Source: Acidimicrobiaceae bacterium (GTDB taxonomy: Bacteria > Actinomycetota > Acidimicrobiia > Acidimicrobiales > Poriferisodalaceae). Taken from it: DNA of 64,000 nucleotides. The stretch is taken from assembly GCA_002719335.1 (NCBI GenBank), contig PBHE01000002.1, forward strand, positions 20,612 to 84,611, written 5' to 3'. Under the pieces are notes generated by a model, which was given only the letters and a program-made list of their open reading frames with translations, was not told the origin of the DNA and ran no database searches. Below, piece by piece: positions 9,279 to 17,658 of the stretch; within the stretch, counting starts at the first letter, position 1, and each line of letters opens with the position of its first letter. A program made the translations under genes and the position numbers.

Positions 9279-10371
9279 ACACCAGTATTGATCGTCCCGC
9301 TACGCGGCCATTTTCTAGATCGTCAACCGCGCGTCCAATTTCGTCTATGGAATAGCGTTGAGTGACTAGGGCGTCGAGATCGAGAATGCCTTGACGGTGC
9401 CAATCAATGAATCTGGGCAAGTCCTCTCCCGGCGCACATGAACCGCCCAAACTGCAAATGTACGAACGTTCGCCGATAAACATGTGTCGACTGTCCAGTT
9501 CGATTGGAGTCTGCGGTACCCCTACCAGCACAGCGGTTCCACCTTTGGATTGCCCGAACTCGCCGCTGCGAGTCATTTCAGATATTTGTCGCATCGTGAC
9601 TGCGTGCCCGATGCAGTCGAACGCGTAGTCGACCCCAGCGATAGGTTGTCGCAGGACGTCGAACTGGCCGGCAACAGCGGTGAGGTCTCGCACAGCTGCA
9701 ACGGGATCGATCTGTGAAGCATTCACACCGTGAGTCGCTCCAAATTTTTTTGCAAAGTCAAGCTTGTCGTCATCCAAGTCGACAGCAATGATTGGATCTG
9801 CTCCGAGGTGCGCTGCAGCAGCTACTGCTGATAGGCCGACACCCCCGACTCCGATTATCGCGACGCTGTCGCCGCTTTGAACTTTTGCGGTATGTAGCAC
9901 CGCGCCGGCGCCAGTAATGACAGCACATCCGATGATGCTGCCAGCTTCGCGGTCAATGTCATCCGGGACCTTCACCACATACATCTCATCAGCGATGGTG
10001 TGTGTCGCCCAGGTAAAGACGTTGCTACTTGTCGCGGTCCGGCCATCGGGGAGATCGACAGTGGCGATACCTCCTTGGCGGCGAGCCTGGGTCTGATCTT
10101 TCGGCACCCAAGTCACCATGACGGTGTCTTCGAGTTGCAGATCTGCGACCGACGTTCCGACAGCAACAACTTGGCCTGTTGATTCGTGACCCAATACAAC
10201 GGGCGCCTGTCGAGGATTGTGAATTACGTGAAGTTGGCTGTGACATATTCCTGAAGCGAACTGTCGCACCACTACCTGGTGGGGTCCCGGATCAGGAAGG
10301 GCTAAGTCGACTATTTCTATCGGTTGATTCTGTTCTTGAGGGACAACCACCACTCGAGCGTCGGTCGGCAT
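9271..10371 (-). CDS. zinc-dependent alcohol dehydrogenase (MDR family)
   Basis: It has GICHSQLH, GHESTGQVVAVG and the Rossmann motif IIGVGGVGLSAV. Confidence 0.8.
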   Translation of the reverse strand: MPTDARVVVVPQEQNQPIEIVDLALPDPGPHQVVVRQFASGICHSQLHVIHNPRQAPVVLGHESTGQVVAVGTSVADLQLEDTVMVTWVPKDQTQARRQGGIATVDLPDGRTATSSNVFTWATHTIADEMYVVKVPDDIDREAGSIIGCAVITGAGAVLHTAKVQSGDSVAIIGVGGVGLSAVAAAAHLGADPIIAVDLDDDKLDFAKKFGATHGVNASQIDPVAAVRDLTAVAGQFDVLRQPIAGVDYAFDCIGHAVTMRQISEMTRSGEFGQSKGGTAVLVGVPQTPIELDSRHMFIGERSYICSLGGSCAPGEDLPRFIDWHRQGILDLDALVTQRYSIDEIGRAVDDLENGRVAGRSILVFD

Positions 10372-10440
10372 GATGTTTCTCCTTCTGCCGTGAGTCCTCT
10401 AAAAGCTACTTCCGTTGGTTTGTTTCGACGAATAGTTGCA

Positions 10441-10911
10441 CTATGTCGAAAGTCGCAGGGGTCGACCATCAATGTCGGGTCGACTGTCCGTTGATAACCA
10501 TAGTTGCACTGGTTCAGCGTCGGGCCAGAGCTGGGCACGGACCATGGGTCGCGCATCTAGAGTTCCGCCTGTCGCGGCGTCGATCTGTCCCGAAAAGACG
10601 ATCTGGTTACCGTTCGAACATCCCAACACCGCCAAGGCTTGGGAAAGGTCGCCCAGATGTATGCCGATGCGCATCTTTCGACCCGGGTCGTTGATGTCAC
10701 GTTGAGTTCTCCACTGGGCAACCACGGCGGCTTCTACTGCATTTGCCGGATCGTCAAAGCACGCGACAAGCGCCGACTCGTGACTAACAATTAATGCCCC
10801 CTTGGCTTCGAAAATCTCTGTCGCTAGCTCAGTTGGTTCGACACTTTGAGGAATACCCACGATCTCGTAGTCGACACATACATATGTGAGGTTCCGCGTC
10901 ACTTGGTCCAT
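10441..10911 (-). CDS. hypothetical protein with weak, degenerate resemblance to a class III nucleotidyl-cyclase domain
   Basis: It is the only long ORF in this interval. The segments ACFDDPANAVEAAV and MRIGIHLGD recall the cyclase homology domain, but the catalytic residues look absent. Confidence 0.35.
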   Translation of the reverse strand: MDQVTRNLTYVCVDYEIVGIPQSVEPTELATEIFEAKGALIVSHESALVACFDDPANAVEAAVVAQWRTQRDINDPGRKMRIGIHLGDLSQALAVLGCSNGNQIVFSGQIDAATGGTLDARPMVRAQLWPDAEPVQLWLSTDSRPDIDGRPLRLST

Positions 10912-10940
10912 AAGGCATCTAAGGGGTTTCGAGACTCCAC

Positions 10941-11819
10941 CTATTTTGCTGGCGCGACGTCAGACAGGAACTTGAGTACTGCAGCGACAAAGATGTCATT
11001 GCGGTCACCTGCGACCATGTGAGCGGCGTCACTAACGTTTGAATATTCAGAATGGGGCACCAGTTTCAGGTAGGCGTCGGCGCCCTCTTCCGAAAGCACG
11101 TCGCTGAGTCCTCCCCGCACTAACAGAGATGGGCACTGAACATTTCTGGCGGCCTCTTCTTGACGGGGTATTCGATCCGCGATGGATCTTTTTCGCTGCA
11201 TAAATTCTGGATCCCAATGCCATCGATATCGGCCATCGGACCAAAGACGCACATTTTTTGCAAGGCCGTCGAGTGTGCGTGGTCGTTTTCGATGGGGTTG
11301 ATAGTTAGCGATCGCCTCAGCCACTTCATCAAGGGATGAAAATCCATCTGGTGCTTGGCGCATGAAGTCCCTGATTTTGCGGACACCAGCTACTTCAATG
11401 CGCGGCGCAGTGTCGACCAACACCAACGCGATTGCGTCGACACGTCCTTCACCCACCGCAGTGAGAGAAGTGCCGCCTCCCATTGAGGCCCCAACGAGAA
11501 TGGGTTGCTGCCCAAAGTGTTCAATGACTGCGACGAGGTCATCGACGAGCACGTCATTTGAGTAATCACCGTCAGGAGCCCATTCGCTGTCCCCGTGACC
11601 TCGGGCATCGAGACTGATAGCTCGGTAGCCGGCGTCGGCGAGCATCTGGCCAGCACTTTTCCATGCGTGACGCGTTTGCCCGCCACCGTGTTGCAGGATC
11701 ACGAGAGGACCTGAGTCGCCGTAAATATCGGCCGCAACGTGCACTCCGCCAGTTGCGGCGATCATCTTGTGCGGTTCTGGTGCACCCTCCAAGCGGATGC
11801 CCCGTTCACCCTCTGCCAC
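10941..11819 (-). CDS. alpha/beta-fold hydrolase
   Basis: It has HGGGQTRHAW...LDARGHGDSEW and the nucleophile elbow GASMGGG. A GTG start lies 3 nt after the GrdB-like stop. Confidence 0.8.
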   Translation of the reverse strand: MAEGERGIRLEGAPEPHKMIAATGGVHVAADIYGDSGPLVILQHGGGQTRHAWKSAGQMLADAGYRAISLDARGHGDSEWAPDGDYSNDVLVDDLVAVIEHFGQQPILVGASMGGGTSLTAVGEGRVDAIALVLVDTAPRIEVAGVRKIRDFMRQAPDGFSSLDEVAEAIANYQPHRKRPRTLDGLAKNVRLWSDGRYRWHWDPEFMQRKRSIADRIPRQEEAARNVQCPSLLVRGGLSDVLSEEGADAYLKLVPHSEYSNVSDAAHMVAGDRNDIFVAAVLKFLSDVAPAK

Positions 11820-11822
11820 TCG

Positions 11823-12728
11823 TCAACCCCTGCCCGTACCTTCGGCTTTAGCTGTTGCTTGAGCGGCGCGGCGCTCGTCTCCGGCGGCCGCGAGAGCCGT
11901 TCTGTTGGAGTCGTCAACCTTCATAAAATGCTGACGCCAATCATCATTGCAGTCGGCGTCCCACACGAAAGGGGTCTGCGCTGTCGTTCGGGGCTGCCAG
12001 GCACGTTCCAGGAGATCTAAGGCCATGCCAGTGATGGTTGTCTGCATCTCGACGTCTCCGGGCTTACCGGTCGGATTTCCTAGAGGAAAGTCGGTGAACA
12101 CGAATCGGCTTACTCCACATTCTTCAACAATGTCTCTTGCGCTTCCGACAACAACGGTAGGGAGGCCAGCTTCTTCAAGGTGTCGCGCAACCAGACTCAC
12201 GGTCTGGTGACATACGGGTCAGAGCGGGACTAGGACTACTGCGTCGAGTTCGTCTTGTTGAGCGAATTCAAGTATTTGCGGTGCGTCCCTGCGAGTGGTT
12301 CTTCTATGGCTGTAGTCAGTAGGCACTCCGTAGAAACGATCAGCGAGCGAGCCAATTCTGCCTTGGGCAGCAAATTCTCGTAGACGGTTGATCGGCAGGT
12401 ACGTGTCTAGGTCGTCGGTGTGGGTGTTGTCTTTATCCCAGAAGAGATCTTTGTTGTAGAGGCCTCCTAATGCGTCGCTACAAAGCGCTGCATATGGTTC
12501 CTTTGTGCCGGTGCCCGCGACACTTGTCTCGTTGATGTTCCGCTCGAAAAACGATGTAGTGACCAGTCCAATGCGGCACTTAGCGAGCGGTTTTTTAAGC
12601 GCTGCAAACGGAACGTCGTGGTGGTAAGCCCATTGGTAGGCCTGCGGGTAGCCCTGGGCTCCGTAGTAGCCGCGCGACTTGTCGATGTAACTGACATGCG
12701 AACGATGGGTGCGACGATCATCTGCCAT
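11823..12728 (-). CDS. GrdB/PrdB-family (reductase selenoprotein B-like) protein with in-frame TGA at 12219-12221, a candidate selenocysteine codon
   Basis: Track ORFs 12219..12728 and 11823..12200 share one frame and are separated by TGA plus 6 sense codons. The junction reads VLVPL-U-PVCHQTVSLVARHLEEAGLPTVVV, a UxxC motif as in the GrdB Sec region. A strong SD (GGGGGAG) precedes the ATG at 12728 only. A SECIS-like hairpin follows the TGA. Confidence 0.7.
12186..12212 (-). promoter_or_regulatory. candidate bacterial SECIS hairpin
   Basis: On the mRNA strand there is a 7-bp perfect stem ACCAGAC/GUCUGGU (12202-12208 with 12190-12196). The loop is CGUGA (12197-12201). A 3-bp lower stem lies beyond a 1x1 mismatch. 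The structure begins 6 nt after the UGA and the loop begins 17 nt after it, with G at loop position 2. Confidence 0.55.
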
Positions 12729-12833
12729 CGAACTCCCCCTTTATAGAGCAACGATTCGATGGTAGGCGGAGAATGGGGGTCTGCGCCTAATTAGCGGGCT
12801 ACGGTCACCGGAAGTAAAGCATCGGAGGATTCA

Positions 12834-13313
12834 ATGATTGGTGATCTACCGCCGAGGCCGCATCGTGGATGGACTTTCCACGAGGTTCCGATTGGAAAGC
12901 GTTGGAGCACTTCGAGGCGCACTATTACGGAAACAGATCTTGTCGTTTACGCCACCCAGTTCGGGTTTGTCGAAGGTTTGTTTCTTGACGCGACGGGTTC
13001 GGAGCGGGCCGGCTATTCGGGGCGTCTTGTACCTGGAAGTTTGGTGATGTCAATTGCGGAAGGGTTAGTCATCAGCGGAGGAGCGATCGCTGGCACCGGC
13101 ATGGCGTATTTAGGTGCCGAGGTACAAGTTAAAGGACCGACTTTTGTGAATGACACTCTCCAAGTCATCGCTGAAGTGACCGAGGCACGGCTTACTTCGA
13201 AACAAGATCGAGGAATTGTGACCACTCGCAACGAGGTGTTCAACCAGGATGGAGAAATAGTGATGGTGTACACCCCCACTCGAATGATCCGGGCAGAGCA
13301 CGTTGATGACTAG
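12834..13313 (+). CDS. MaoC-like (hot-dog fold) dehydratase
   Basis: It is 159 aa. The N-terminal pattern TITETDLVVYATQFGF and the size fit MaoC/(R)-hydratase-like proteins. The SD GGAGGA lies 5 nt upstream. Confidence 0.7.
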   Translation: MIGDLPPRPHRGWTFHEVPIGKRWSTSRRTITETDLVVYATQFGFVEGLFLDATGSERAGYSGRLVPGSLVMSIAEGLVISGGAIAGTGMAYLGAEVQVKGPTFVNDTLQVIAEVTEARLTSKQDRGIVTTRNEVFNQDGEIVMVYTPTRMIRAEHVDD

Positions 13314-13347
13314 GAACGGCCGAACAGAGGTCTCCGTTTGGCCGTTC
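13314..13347 (+). terminator. 12-bp stem-loop directly after the MaoC stop codon (terminator or processing-site candidate, no U-tract)
   Basis: GAACGGCCGAAC (13314-13325) pairs with GTTTGGCCGTTC (13336-13347), with one G-U pair. The loop is 10 nt. Confidence 0.35.
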
Positions 13348-13434
13348 GTTCCTGACGTCGTCCTCACTAAGCAGAGTGTTTGGCTCTCATCATCGAGCAC
13401 GATTGGGGATCGGTAACGGCGCTACCCTCCAAGC

Positions 13435-14583
13435 GTGGAATCAAATATCGATGCAGGTCTAAATGAGAGTGATCTTGGAGCAGTTCAACGCGCGCAAGGT
13501 TGGGCACAAGATTTTGTTGCGCCTCGAGCTGAGTCTTGGGAAACAGAGCGGCGATTCGCGAGAGAAGCCTTCGACAGCGCGGGCCAGCATCGGCTTACCG
13601 GGCTACTTGTATCGTCTGCCGACGGCGGGGAAGACATCAGCGTTCTTGGATTGGCACGGGTGTTAGAAGAAATAGCCGCCGTCGACTTCGCTATCGCTTT
13701 CTCTTTGGTTTGCCATAACAACTTGGCCGGTGCGGTTGGGCGTGGGGCCACAGGGACGCTCCGCGAGAGTGTTCTACCCGGGCTGGTGGAGGGAAGTCTC
13801 GTGGGTGCGTTCTTGTTAACCGAGCCTGAAGTGGGATCTGACGCGGCGGCGATAGCAGTAACTGCGACTACCGATGGGAGTGAGTGGGTTCTCAACGGCG
13901 AGAAGGCGTGGGTTACCAATGGCACAGACGCTGATGTTCTCTCTGTTTACGCCCAGACAGACTCTTCCCTTGGCCACCGAGGCATCGCAACCTTTCTCAT
14001 CGACGCCAACACTTCTGGTGTAATTAAGACGCCAGGTTATGAACTGCTAGGTGGCCACGGGTTGGGCGCTAACAGCATACGTTTCGAAAACTGTAGGGTG
14101 CCGGCACAGTCCCTTTTCCAACCTGTTGGAGATGGCTTTCGTGCCGCTATGGAAGGAATTGATTTAGCTCGGGTGTTAGTGGGCGCCATGTGCTGTGGAA
14201 TGCTTCGAACCGGGCTGAGGACAGCCTCAAATTATGTGCGTGGTCGCCTAGCATTCGGAGGCCGCCTCGCTGATTTGCAGGGAGTCCGCTTCAAGCTTGC
14301 AGACGTCGCTACTGATCTTGAAGCATCCCGCCTTCTCACTTACCGCGCCGCTCTCACGCTGCAAGAGGGCCGTAACGCGGGGGTGGAAGCGGCACATGCA
14401 AAAAAATTCTCGACCCGTGTTACTGAGAACGGAATCGCTTCGTGCATGCAGGTCATGGGAGCAAACGGCGCTAAGAGAGACCACCCGCTTCCTCGTCATC
14501 TCGCCGCTGCTCGGTTGACCCATTACGTAGACGGCGCTACTGAGATCCAAGATGTCGTGATCAGTCGCTCCTTGCTTGACTGA
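13435..14583 (+). CDS. acyl-CoA dehydrogenase
   Basis: It is 382 aa. The segments FLLTEPEVGSDAAA, WVTNG and the C-terminal YVDGATEIQ are typical of ACADs. The start is GTG. Confidence 0.85.
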   Translation: MESNIDAGLNESDLGAVQRAQGWAQDFVAPRAESWETERRFAREAFDSAGQHRLTGLLVSSADGGEDISVLGLARVLEEIAAVDFAIAFSLVCHNNLAGAVGRGATGTLRESVLPGLVEGSLVGAFLLTEPEVGSDAAAIAVTATTDGSEWVLNGEKAWVTNGTDADVLSVYAQTDSSLGHRGIATFLIDANTSGVIKTPGYELLGGHGLGANSIRFENCRVPAQSLFQPVGDGFRAAMEGIDLARVLVGAMCCGMLRTGLRTASNYVRGRLAFGGRLADLQGVRFKLADVATDLEASRLLTYRAALTLQEGRNAGVEAAHAKKFSTRVTENGIASCMQVMGANGAKRDHPLPRHLAAARLTHYVDGATEIQDVVISRSLLD

Positions 14584-14600
14584 AATCGCCAGGAGTTGTC

Positions 14601-15866
14601 ATGAAATCTAATCGTGAAGGCAAGCCCGTCAGCGTCGACGAGGCGGTTAATGCGATCCCAAACCACGGTCGGGTATATGTGGCCCAGGGTTCAGGATGCC
14701 CATACGGGTTGTTGGTTGGAATAGATGACCGGCGTGAAATGTTCGAAAGTCTGGAGTTCGTTTCTGCGTTCCTGTTGCAACGGCCCGCGCCTATAGATCA
14801 TCTGGGCCAACCATTTCGATGGTTGACACTGCAAGCCACAGGCGCAATTCGCGACGTTCTTAACCATCCCTATTTCGGGATCGTTCCCGGCCGATATTCC
14901 GATCTCGACGGGATTTGCGCACCTGGCGGCCCATTGGCAGCAGACGTCGTAATTTGTCAGGTCAGTCCCCCAAATGGGAGTGGCGACTGCAGTTTGGGCA
15001 CGGGCGTAGGGGGTCACGTATCGCTTCTTGCGGAAGCGCCGTTGGTGATCGGACAAATCAACCGACAAATGCCTTATGTCCATGGTGACGGGGAATGCCA
15101 CATCGAGAACTTCGACTTCCTCGTGGAAATTGACGAACCTTTGTCCGAGCTTCAGCCCGCAACTATTGACCCTATCGCTGAGGCCATTGCGCAGCATGTA
15201 AGTCCTTTTATACCGGACGGTTCAACCCTTCAGTTCGGTATTGGCGCGGTGCCAGACGCCGTTCTATCCAGCTTAAGAACACGCAACAATCTCGGACTGC
15301 ATGGGGGAATGATTAACGATGCTTGTGTCGAACTTGTTGAGTGCGGCGCTATCAACAACCTTCACAAAGGGTGCGACGAAGGCGTTTCAGTAGCCGCCGA
15401 AATTATGGGAACGAAACGACTTTACGAATGGGTAGATCACAACCCGCGAGTTCGATTGGCACGCGGGGCGCACACTCATGGCATTCCGGGGATGGCATCG
15501 ATTCGAAATTTTGTGGCATTACAATCCACCGTCGAAATGGCTTTAGACGGTGCGGTCAACAGCGAGTTTGCTTCTGGCCGTTTTATTTCGGGCCCAGGAG
15601 GTGCTCCTGATTTCGCGTTTGGCGCTTCTATCGCTACCGGGGGCCGCTCAATAATGGCTATGCCGTCTACCGCCGCCAACGGCGCCGTTTCAAGAATTGT
15701 TCGTCGGCTAGCAGACGACGCGCCTACCACCCTGCCTAGCTATCTAGCCGATGTCGTCGTAACCGAATATGGAGCGGTCGAGTTGAGAGGGAAGACGCTC
15801 GCAGAACGAGCGGAGCTTCTCGCGAGTATCGCGCACCCAGACCATCAGACTTCTCTCGGTCAGTAA
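14601..15866 (+). CDS. acetyl-CoA hydrolase/transferase family protein (4-hydroxybutyrate CoA-transferase-like, family I)
   Basis: It has LQFGIGAVPDAV and the SGPGGAPDF motif, and is 421 aa. The SD AGGAG lies upstream. Confidence 0.75.
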   Translation: MKSNREGKPVSVDEAVNAIPNHGRVYVAQGSGCPYGLLVGIDDRREMFESLEFVSAFLLQRPAPIDHLGQPFRWLTLQATGAIRDVLNHPYFGIVPGRYSDLDGICAPGGPLAADVVICQVSPPNGSGDCSLGTGVGGHVSLLAEAPLVIGQINRQMPYVHGDGECHIENFDFLVEIDEPLSELQPATIDPIAEAIAQHVSPFIPDGSTLQFGIGAVPDAVLSSLRTRNNLGLHGGMINDACVELVECGAINNLHKGCDEGVSVAAEIMGTKRLYEWVDHNPRVRLARGAHTHGIPGMASIRNFVALQSTVEMALDGAVNSEFASGRFISGPGGAPDFAFGASIATGGRSIMAMPSTAANGAVSRIVRRLADDAPTTLPSYLADVVVTEYGAVELRGKTLAERAELLASIAHPDHQTSLGQ

Positions 15867-15902
15867 CGGGTCACGCTAGAAATCGTGTGCGCTGTTGGGG
15901 GT

Positions 15903-16769
15903 TTACAACCTTCGAAAGGTCGCTGTCTGACCGCTAGTACCGAACGCCATACCGGTCATTCGATGCAAGTTTCTCGAGTTATGGAGACGACCCAATAGAC
16001 GAGGTCCGTTTGCAAGGAGACCTCCGTCCACGATGTGTTCTTGGCCCGTGACAAACTGGGAGTCATCTCCTGCAAGAAACAGTGCCATCCCGGCTATGTC
16101 GGCTCCTTCGCCGCGTTTCGCTAACGGCTGAACATCAGCGATAACTTCCTCGGCCTGTTCTTCATTACCACTGTGCATGAGGGGTGTGAAGATAACACCT
16201 GGACATATCGCGTTAACACGGATGTTGTGCGGGGCTAGTTCGATCGCAGTGGTTTTGGACAGGTTCACCACAGCTGCCTTCGCGGCCGAGTAAGCCTGAG
16301 GGCCGCCCCCACCTCCCATACCAGCGATTGAAGCCGTGTTGATTATCGACCCGCCCCGGCCCTGGTCAATCATGATTCGAGCTGCGTGTTTAATTCCAAG
16401 GAACACCGAGCGCACCAGAATATGGAAAGTCGTGTCCCAATCGTCGACATCCAGTTCAGTTATTGGACCGAACGCTCCTCCTATACCTGCGTTGTTGAAG
16501 ACGATATCTAGCTGTCCAAATGCGTCGACGGCGAGCTCGGTCATGGCCGCAACATCGTCTTCTACCGAAACGTCCGTCGTGGTGAAACGGACGCAATCTG
16601 CGTAACCTGCCGCGCTGAACGTTTCGACAGCGTCGCGCCCGTTATCGGCATTCAAGTCGCCAATTACGACCGAAGCGCCTTCGTTGAGGAACCTTTCTAC
16701 CGTGGCTAGCCCCATCCCGCTCGCTCCACCAGTAACAATTGCGACCTTTGATTCGAGTGTTCCGTTCAT
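15903..16769 (-). CDS. SDR-family oxidoreductase
   Basis: It has TGGASGMGLA, NNAGI and YSAAKAAV motifs. Confidence 0.85.
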   Translation of the reverse strand: MNGTLESKVAIVTGGASGMGLATVERFLNEGASVVIGDLNADNGRDAVETFSAAGYADCVRFTTTDVSVEDDVAAMTELAVDAFGQLDIVFNNAGIGGAFGPITELDVDDWDTTFHILVRSVFLGIKHAARIMIDQGRGGSIINTASIAGMGGGGGPQAYSAAKAAVVNLSKTTAIELAPHNIRVNAICPGVIFTPLMHSGNEEQAEEVIADVQPLAKRGEGADIAGMALFLAGDDSQFVTGQEHIVDGGLLANGPRLLGRLHNSRNLHRMTGMAFGTSGQTATFRRL

Positions 16770-16847
16770 CGCTTTCCCCTTCCGCTACTCCAGCATTGTC
16801 GCCTACTCGCGAGGGTGCGTGCTCGTTGGCCGCACTACCGTCCAGTC

Positions 16848-17615
16848 ATGGATCTTGAACTGACAGGTAAGAGAGCCTTGATCACCGGAGGCTCTAAGGG
16901 CATTGGGCTTGGTTGTGCCATGGCTTTGGCTCAAGAAGGTTGTCACATTCAGTTAGCGGCACGGGACGAGGAGAATCTTCGCCGGGCCAAAGCTTCAGTT
17001 CTTGAAACCGCTGGAAACGTTGAGGTGTCGACACATCCGGTTGATCTGTCAATAAGCGAAGACCAGAGAGCTTTAGTCGGCGCCGCGGGCGAGGTCGATA
17101 TTTGGATCAATAATGCTGGCGCTATTCCAGCCGGTGACATCTCGACAATCGATGAACGTCTGTGGCGAGATGCTTGGGATCTCAAAGTTTTCGGCTATAT
17201 CAACATCTGTCGGGAGGTCTATACCGCTATGGAGGCGAGAGGAAGCGGGGTCATCATCAATGTGATCGGCGCCGCGGCAGTTCGCCCTCAACCTTCATAT
17301 ATCGCAGGAGCGGTTGGCAACAGCGGGCTTGTGGGACTCACGGCAGCGTTAGGAAGTCGCAGCGTTCAAAGAGGCGTGCGGGTTCTTGGCGTTAACCCTG
17401 GTTTGATCGTGACCGATCGCATGGGAGATATTTTGCGTCGGGAAGCTATCGACCAATTAGGCGACGAAGACCGTTGGGAGGAACTCATCTCAGATGATCC
17501 CGCGCCCGGGACGGTACAACAATGCGCTGATGTAATCGCCTTTCTAGCCTCACCCAGGGCTAGTCACATCAGCGGCACGACTTTGACGGTCGACGGAGGC
17601 GCATCTGCCCGTTGA
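16848..17615 (+). CDS. SDR-family oxidoreductase
   Basis: ITGGSKGIGLG lies just after the ATG at 16848, and NNAGA is present. The upstream GTG 16815 extension is unlikely. Confidence 0.8.
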   Translation: MDLELTGKRALITGGSKGIGLGCAMALAQEGCHIQLAARDEENLRRAKASVLETAGNVEVSTHPVDLSISEDQRALVGAAGEVDIWINNAGAIPAGDISTIDERLWRDAWDLKVFGYINICREVYTAMEARGSGVIINVIGAAAVRPQPSYIAGAVGNSGLVGLTAALGSRSVQRGVRVLGVNPGLIVTDRMGDILRREAIDQLGDEDRWEELISDDPAPGTVQQCADVIAFLASPRASHISGTTLTVDGGASAR

Positions 17616-17658
17616 GGCAACTCTCTGAAAGAATGACCATTACCGAGAGGAGGCGACG

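Noticed and set aside
11817-11825. The GrdB-like gene's terminal TGA (11823-11825) is in the same frame as the downstream alpha/beta hydrolase (GTG 11819). A second read-through or fusion was considered.
   Set aside because: Only one codon separates them. The hydrolase has its own plausible GTG start. There is no redox motif or Cys-homolog logic at this TGA, and no hairpin at SECIS distance that I could see. Sharing a frame has a one-in-three chance, and TGA is the commonest stop here.
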